Positions 58,588 to 64,000 of a DNA stretch of 64,000 bases are shown here, one piece after another. How positions within the stretch are numbered: position 1 is the first letter of the stretch; each line of letters starts with the position of its first letter. The notes under the pieces are model-generated. The model searched no databases. It saw only the letters and a list, made by a program, of their open reading frames with translations, and was not told where the DNA came from. The translations under genes were made by a program, and so were the position numbers. The DNA is taken from the sequence record NZ_CP104760.1, one strand, 5' to 3'. Origin of the DNA: a plasmid.

Positions 58588-61218
58588 ATGTCTGATATTC
58601 GTCGCTCTGAGTTGTTTAGCAAACTGAATTCGCCGCTCTTTACCGCGCTGGAGAGCGCCACCGCGTTCTGTAAGCTGCGCGGCAATCCCTATGTCGAGCT
58701 GGTGCACTGGCTGCATCAGCTGATGCAGCTGCCCAACAGCGATCTGCAGCGGCTTATTGCCCGCTTCGGGCTGAATGAGTCGCAGCTGGCGAGCGAGATC
58801 GTGGCGGCGCTCGACCGCCTGCCGCGCGGCGCGGGAACCATCTCCGATCTTGCCGAGCATATCGACAACGCCGTCGAACGCAGCTGGGTCTACTGCTCGC
58901 TGAGCTTTGGTCACAGCCGCATTCGCGGCGGCCATCTGCTGCTGGCGCTGCTGAAAACCTTCGCCCTGCGCCATGTGCTGCTGGCGATCTCTCCGCAGTT
59001 TGAGCGCATCGACAGCACCCTGCTGCTGAGCGACTTCGCCCGCTGCGTGGCGGGTTCCGACGAAGAGGCGCTGGCCGACTCCGCCGCGCCGCAGTCGCCG
59101 GGACACGGCAGTGAAAATTTTCTGGCGCTTTATGGCCGCGATCTCACTGCGCTGGCGCGCAAAGGCGATATCGATCCGGTCGTTGGCCGCGACGACGAGA
59201 TCCGGCAGATGGTCGATATTCTGCTGCGCCGCCGCCAGAACAATCCCCTGCTGACCGGCGAGGCGGGCGTGGGCAAAACCGCGCTGGCGGAAGGGCTGGC
59301 GATGCGCATCGCGGCGGGATCGGTGCCGCCGCCCCTGCAGCAGGTGCAGCTCTGGCTGCTCGACATCGGGCTGCTGCAGGCGGGTGCGTCGGTTAAGGGC
59401 GAATTTGAAAGCCGTCTGCAAGGGGTCATCGCTCAGGTTCAGGCCAGTCCGGTGCCGGTGGTGCTGTTTATCGACGAAATACACACCTTGATCGGCGCGG
59501 GCGGCCAGCAGGGAACCGGCGACGCCGCCAACCTGCTGAAGCCTGCGCTGGCGCGCGGTCAGCTGCGCACTATCGGCGCGACGACATGGGCGGAATATAA
59601 AAAATATATCGAGAAAGATCCGGCGTTGACGCGCCGCTTTCAGCCGGTTCAGGTCACCGAGCCGGACGAGGAGAAGGCGATTCAGATGCTGCGCCACCTT
59701 TCCGTGACGCTGTCACAGCATCATCAGGTGCTGCTGCTGGATGAAGCGGTGGAAAGCGCGGTACGCCTGTCGCATCGCTATATTCCCGCCCGCCAGCTGC
59801 CGGATAAGGCGATCGCGCTGCTTGATACCGCCTGCGCGCGCGTCGCCGTCAGCCTGCATGGCGAACCGCCGACGCTGGTGGCGCTGCGGCGTCAACAGGA
59901 GGCGCTGACGCTTGAAGCGGAGATCGCGCGGCGCGAAGCGCGGCTGAATCAGGCTGACGCCGTAGAACGTCTGGCGAAAGCGGAGGCGGCGCTGGCGCAG
60001 GTGGCGCAGCGGTTTGCCGATCTGCAGCCGCGCTGTGAACAGGAGCTGGCGCTGGTGCGCCAGCTTATCGCGCTGCGGGCGGAGCAGCTGGCGGCGGCGC
60101 AGGACGATCCGGCGCTGCGCGCCCGTCTCAGCGAGGCGCAGCGGCAGCTTCAGCAACTGCAGGACGATGCGCCGCTGATCTTCCCGGCGGTGGACGCCAG
60201 CGTCGTCGCCGCCGTGGTCGCTGACTGGACCGGCATTCCTCTCGGCCGCATGCTGCGCGACGAGGCGGCATCGGTGCTTAATCTGCCCGCAGCGCTGGCG
60301 CGGCGCGTTGTCGGCCAGCCTCACGCGCTGGCCGCCATTGCGCACCGCATTCGCACCGCGCACGCGCGCCTCGACGATCCCCATAAGCCCACCGGCGTTT
60401 TCCTGCTGTGCGGACCCTCCGGCGTGGGCAAAACCGAAACGGCGCTGGCGCTGGCGGAGGCGCTCTACGGCGGCGAACAGAACCTGATCACCATTAATAT
60501 GAGCGAGTTCCAGGAAGCGCATACGGTCTCGACGCTGAAAGGCGCGCCGCCGGGCTATGTCGGCTACGGCGAAGGCGGCGTGCTGACCGAGGCGGTACGT
60601 CGCCGTCCCTACAGCGTGGTGCTGCTGGATGAGATTGAAAAAGCGCATGCCGACGTGCACGAGCTTTTTTTCCAGGTGTTCGATAAGGGCTGGATGGAGG
60701 ATGGCGAAGGCCGCCATATCGATTTCCGTAACTGCGTCATTATCCTTACCTCCAATATCGGCAGCGAGCTGATCGAGGGGCTGTGCGCCGATGAAAGCCT
60801 GCTGCCGGAGCCGGAGGCGCTGACCGCGATGCTGCGCCCGCCGCTGCGCCAGGCGTTCCCGGCGGCGCTGCTTGGGCGACTGACGGTGATCCCCTACTAT
60901 CCGCTCAGCGACGCGATGCTGATGCGTATCGTCGGGATGCGCCTGGAGCAGATCCGCCAGCGGCTGCTGACGCATCACCGCATTCAGGCGGAGTTTGCGC
61001 CGGAGGTGGCGCAGCAGATCGCCAGCCGCTGTCAGGAAACCGAATCGGGCGGGCGCATGGTTGACGCTATCCTGACCCAGACGCTGTTGCCGCAGATCAG
61101 CGAGCGGCTGCTGACCGCGACGCTGGAGAAACAGCAGTGGAGCGCGCTGCGGGTCAGCTATGCGCATCCGCAGTTCAGCTACCACTTCAGCGAGGAACAG
61201 GCGGGAATTTCTCAATGA
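58588..61218 (+). CDS. clpV: T6SS AAA+ ATPase ClpV (TssH).
   Basis: Two AAA+ modules (GEAGVGKTALAEGLA and GPSGVGKTETALALA). N-terminal Clp-N-like domain. Confidence 0.9.
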   Translation: MSDIRRSELFSKLNSPLFTALESATAFCKLRGNPYVELVHWLHQLMQLPNSDLQRLIARFGLNESQLASEIVAALDRLPRGAGTISDLAEHIDNAVERSWVYCSLSFGHSRIRGGHLLLALLKTFALRHVLLAISPQFERIDSTLLLSDFARCVAGSDEEALADSAAPQSPGHGSENFLALYGRDLTALARKGDIDPVVGRDDEIRQMVDILLRRRQNNPLLTGEAGVGKTALAEGLAMRIAAGSVPPPLQQVQLWLLDIGLLQAGASVKGEFESRLQGVIAQVQASPVPVVLFIDEIHTLIGAGGQQGTGDAANLLKPALARGQLRTIGATTWAEYKKYIEKDPALTRRFQPVQVTEPDEEKAIQMLRHLSVTLSQHHQVLLLDEAVESAVRLSHRYIPARQLPDKAIALLDTACARVAVSLHGEPPTLVALRRQQEALTLEAEIARREARLNQADAVERLAKAEAALAQVAQRFADLQPRCEQELALVRQLIALRAEQLAAAQDDPALRARLSEAQRQLQQLQDDAPLIFPAVDASVVAAVVADWTGIPLGRMLRDEAASVLNLPAALARRVVGQPHALAAIAHRIRTAHARLDDPHKPTGVFLLCGPSGVGKTETALALAEALYGGEQNLITINMSEFQEAHTVSTLKGAPPGYVGYGEGGVLTEAVRRRPYSVVLLDEIEKAHADVHELFFQVFDKGWMEDGEGRHIDFRNCVIILTSNIGSELIEGLCADESLLPEPEALTAMLRPPLRQAFPAALLGRLTVIPYYPLSDAMLMRIVGMRLEQIRQRLLTHHRIQAEFAPEVAQQIASRCQETESGGRMVDAILTQTLLPQISERLLTATLEKQQWSALRVSYAHPQFSYHFSEEQAGISQ

Positions 61219-62714
61219 GCGACAACCGTTCACAGGCGTTGCCGCAGGGCTATCGCTTTAATGAGTTTGAAATTGAGCAGGTGATTGGCGAAGGCGGCTT
61301 CGGCATCGTCTACAGCGCCTGGGATCATCAGCTGGAGCGCCGGGTGGCGATCAAGGAGTATATGCCCGCTTCAATGGCGGTGCGCGGGGAGAACCTGCAT
61401 CTGCAGCTGCGCAGCGAGCGCTTCGTCGCTGTATTTCAGGCCGGTATGAACAGCTTTATTCAGGAGGCGCGCATCCTGGCGCGTTTCTCCCATCCCGGCC
61501 TGCTCCATGTGCTGCGTTTCTGGCAGGATAACGATACTGCCTATATGGTCACGGAGTTTTACAGCGGCGATACCCTGAAAAACCGCTATCAGAAAGAGCC
61601 GCAGCTGGTGAACGAAACATGGATCCGCTCGCTGCTGCCGCCGCTGCTCAGCGCCTTGCGCACGCTGCACGACAACGGTTATCTGCATCGCGATATCGCG
61701 CTGGATAATATTCAGATTCAGGAGAACATGCTGCCGGTGCTGCTCGACTTTGGCTCGGCATGCAAAGAGATCGGCCATCTCACCGATAAAACCGAGATTA
61801 TGCTCAAGCCCGGCTATGCGCCGATTGAACAGTACAGCGAGGGACGCGATGGCGACCAGGGGCCCTGGACCGATATCTACGCCCTCGGCGCGGTGCTGCA
61901 TATGCTGGTCGCTGGCGAACCGCCGCCGGTCAGCGTCGTGCGGCTGATCAGCAATAACTATCAGCCGCTGGCGCAGCGCCAGCCGCCGGGCTTCTCTCTG
62001 TCGCTGTTGCAGCTGATCGATGAGATGCTGCAGCTGCAGCCCGAAGATCGTCCGCAGAGTATTCAGGCGCTGGCAGCGCGGCTGATAAGCCTCGACCGCG
62101 ACCTTGCCGGGCGCGAAACGGCATCTGCCCCTGAGGCGATCCCCACCCCGACGGCGTCGTTCCCGGCGACGTTGCCGGTGGCGGCGTCCCCTGACACCCT
62201 GCTGCCGGTGCCTGCGGTGCCTGATGCCGCGCAGTCGGTGAGCGTGCAGCCAGGGAGAAAAAGCGCCGCGCGCCGTCCGCTGATACTGGCGGCCGCGGCG
62301 GCCGCGGGCCTCGCCGCTGTGGTGGTCTGGCTGGTCGCCCGGCCCGCGCCGTCCGAACCTGCGGTGGCCGCTGTGGCGACTCCCGCTTCGCCCGCTGCCA
62401 CGCCGCCCAGACCTGCGCCCGCGTCATCGCTGGCCGCTGCCTCTGCGCCATCACCGGCGCCGAAGCCGCTACCGGCACCGAAGCCGCCTGTCGCCCAGGC
62501 GCGCGTCTATCTGAATCTTCAGAAGGACGACGCTCTCTTTCTTGACGGCGAGGCGCAGCCCGCTGCCACCGCTGACGAGCCGCGACTGCTACGGCTGGCG
62601 CCGGGCCATTATCAGCTGGCGGTGAAGCGAGGCGAGCAAAACTGGACGCAACAGCTGGAGATTACGCAGGCTGGCACCTGGCTGGTTAAGGTGCCTGAGC
62701 GCTTTACGCCTTAA
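61215..62714 (+). CDS. ppkA: Ser/Thr protein kinase PpkA (short form: kinase, TM, Pro-rich periplasmic tail).
   Basis: Hanks kinase motifs (VIGEGGFGIVY, VAIKEY, HRDIALDN, DFGSA, GYAPIEQ). One TM. ATG at 61215 overlaps the clpV stop. Confidence 0.8.
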   Translation: MSDNRSQALPQGYRFNEFEIEQVIGEGGFGIVYSAWDHQLERRVAIKEYMPASMAVRGENLHLQLRSERFVAVFQAGMNSFIQEARILARFSHPGLLHVLRFWQDNDTAYMVTEFYSGDTLKNRYQKEPQLVNETWIRSLLPPLLSALRTLHDNGYLHRDIALDNIQIQENMLPVLLDFGSACKEIGHLTDKTEIMLKPGYAPIEQYSEGRDGDQGPWTDIYALGAVLHMLVAGEPPPVSVVRLISNNYQPLAQRQPPGFSLSLLQLIDEMLQLQPEDRPQSIQALAARLISLDRDLAGRETASAPEAIPTPTASFPATLPVAASPDTLLPVPAVPDAAQSVSVQPGRKSAARRPLILAAAAAAGLAAVVVWLVARPAPSEPAVAAVATPASPAATPPRPAPASSLAAASAPSPAPKPLPAPKPPVAQARVYLNLQKDDALFLDGEAQPAATADEPRLLRLAPGHYQLAVKRGEQNWTQQLEITQAGTWLVKVPERFTP

Positions 62715-63097
62715 CGACTGACGCTGCCGTTTTCCCGGAAAACCACATCGTCGCCGTGCGGTGTGGTTTTGGTAACCTGCAGGAACCAGGCGCTGTTATC
62801 GCTGCTGCCCTCTTCCGCCGGAGCCAGCACGTAGGTGTAGGGCGCCTGGCGGAAGATATAGCCGCGAAAGTCGCGCGACGGCCCGATATTCAACGTCGAG
62901 CCTTTCAGGGTCAGCTGGTGGTGATTATTTTTATTCACCGCATGGTAGGTGACCTGGTCGCACTCAATATCCTCGGCGGTGCATTTCCCCAGGGAGAGAT
63001 AGACGTTATAGCTTTTGCTCTGGAAAAAGGGCTTATTATCCTGCGCCAGAGAGTGAAATGTGCAGGCCAGCAGACATAGCGCCATCAGCTTTTTCAT
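62711..63097 (-). CDS. Periplasmic small protein. Candidate immunity protein for the upstream lysozyme-like effector.
   Basis: Sec signal MKKLMALCLLACTFHSLA. Start ATGA overlaps the effector stop. Confidence 0.45.
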   Translation of the reverse strand: MKKLMALCLLACTFHSLAQDNKPFFQSKSYNVYLSLGKCTAEDIECDQVTYHAVNKNNHHQLTLKGSTLNIGPSRDFRGYIFRQAPYTYVLAPAEEGSSDNSAWFLQVTKTTPHGDDVVFRENGSVSR

Positions 63098-63894
63098 ATT
63101 TTTAGATAAACTCCTTCATGGTATACCTTCAGTTCGCTTTTTCGCCGGTTAATTAGCCCGCGCATCGGTTTGCCGTGCGAAAGCGTATAACGCATCCAGG
63201 CGTTATCAAGGTTTTCGCCTGACTCACCGTTTATTATTTTCAAAACGGTGGAGTAGTAAAATCCAGCATGATGCCGATCGTCTCTGCTGCCGATATTGAA
63301 CGCGAAGATTAATAACGCGTCAAATTCGTTCTGGGTTAAATCCACCTTCACATAGTCGCGCACCGTCGCAATAAAGGGTTTCAGATCGCGCGCGAATAAT
63401 GCCTCGGCGTCGCTCTCTGAAATTCCCTCTTTATATTGCGCAAAATCGCTCTTACGGCTTATCCAGTGACCGTAACCGATGGTAGCGCCGCTGGTCCAGC
63501 TGTCGATAGTCATGGAGGTCTGGTCATCGTAGGGCAAGGTGTGCAGCTGCTCATACTGCATCAGCAGGCGCAGGCAGCGGTAGCTGGGCAGTATCTGGCG
63601 AGGCTGGCGCCGCGTGCCCTGCCGGTTCGTGCTGGTCGCGCCCTGCGGCCCGCGCGGCGGCGAGGCGTTTTGCGTCAGGTGCTGCAACGTTTTCCTGCCT
63701 GGCGTCACTATCCCGTCGGGCAGATGATAAAGACGTTTCTGGTAATCGATAATGGCTTTAAGGGTATTACTGCCGCAGATTCCGTCGACCCTGAGCGCAG
63801 GGAAGCCGTTTTCACGCAGTAATTTTTGCACGACGACGACATCCTGAGGCCGGTTGACCGCACCCTTACCTACCGGGGAAGTTATGGTTTCCAT
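63094..63894 (-). CDS. Peptidoglycan-binding domain (PG_binding_1) fused to a GH24 phage-type lysozyme domain. Candidate T6SS muramidase effector.
   Basis: VVVVQKLLRENGF...DGICGSNTLKAIIDYQK (PG-binding). YEQL...PYDD...TIGYGH and NEFDALLIFAFNIG match GH24 lysozyme motifs. ATG at 63894. Confidence 0.6.
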   Translation of the reverse strand: METITSPVGKGAVNRPQDVVVVQKLLRENGFPALRVDGICGSNTLKAIIDYQKRLYHLPDGIVTPGRKTLQHLTQNASPPRGPQGATSTNRQGTRRQPRQILPSYRCLRLLMQYEQLHTLPYDDQTSMTIDSWTSGATIGYGHWISRKSDFAQYKEGISESDAEALFARDLKPFIATVRDYVKVDLTQNEFDALLIFAFNIGSRDDRHHAGFYYSTVLKIINGESGENLDNAWMRYTLSHGKPMRGLINRRKSELKVYHEGVYLKI

Positions 63895-64000
63895 CTGAGA
63901 TCCGTTAATATCAGAAAGGTTTGCCAGACTCGTGCGGCGCAAACTGATCCGCAACGCCTGACTTTATCCGCAACGTATGACAGCCAGATGAAATTTAACT

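Overview
This window looks like a GC-rich enterobacterial chromosomal segment (Klebsiella/Enterobacter-like housekeeping context; taxon not verified). It has three parts. (i) At the left edge, about 3.6 kb that looks AT-richer by eye. This carries a translationally coupled two-gene operon (635-aa and about 199-aa proteins with no recognisable motifs) divergent from a Mrr-cat-type PD-(D/E)xK nuclease gene. I rate this the best candidate for an undescribed defence-type system. (ii) About 27 kb of ordinary or accessory metabolism and stress genes: a TetR-regulated EmrAB-like efflux pump with its own outer-membrane factor, a DUF481 outer-membrane protein, a GGEEF diguanylate cyclase, a Gcd-family PQQ dehydrogenase whose membrane anchor is separated from the catalytic domain by a stop plus frame change, an SDR/LysR pair, an inositol-like sugar catabolic cluster carrying a lone PTS EIIA, an AraC regulator, an RcnA-like metal exporter, an ECF sigma/DUF1109 anti-sigma/DsbD-like/peroxiredoxin envelope redox operon, an Rpn-family nuclease, and a GT1 glycosyltransferase with an SDR. 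(iii) A complete type VI secretion system (about 31.4-62.7 kb) with TssA, B, C, E, F, G, H (ClpV), J, K, L, M, Hcp and VgrG, plus TagF, TagH (Fha), PppA, PpkA and a TagJ/ImpE-like protein. The VgrG carries an unusual C-terminal 15 x 18-bp SNASQA hexapeptide repeat. The VgrG is followed by a DUF2169 + pentapeptide-repeat fusion, a second pentapeptide-repeat protein, an 830-bp AT-rich spacer with a terminator, a DUF3540-like protein, a toxin-less DUF4150 PAAR-like protein and an SH3b-like lipoprotein. A convergent effector/immunity candidate pair (peptidoglycan-binding + GH24 lysozyme-like protein, and a periplasmic protein) sits at the 3' end. Several rho-independent terminator hairpins are visible. 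No rRNA, tRNA or CRISPR array was found.
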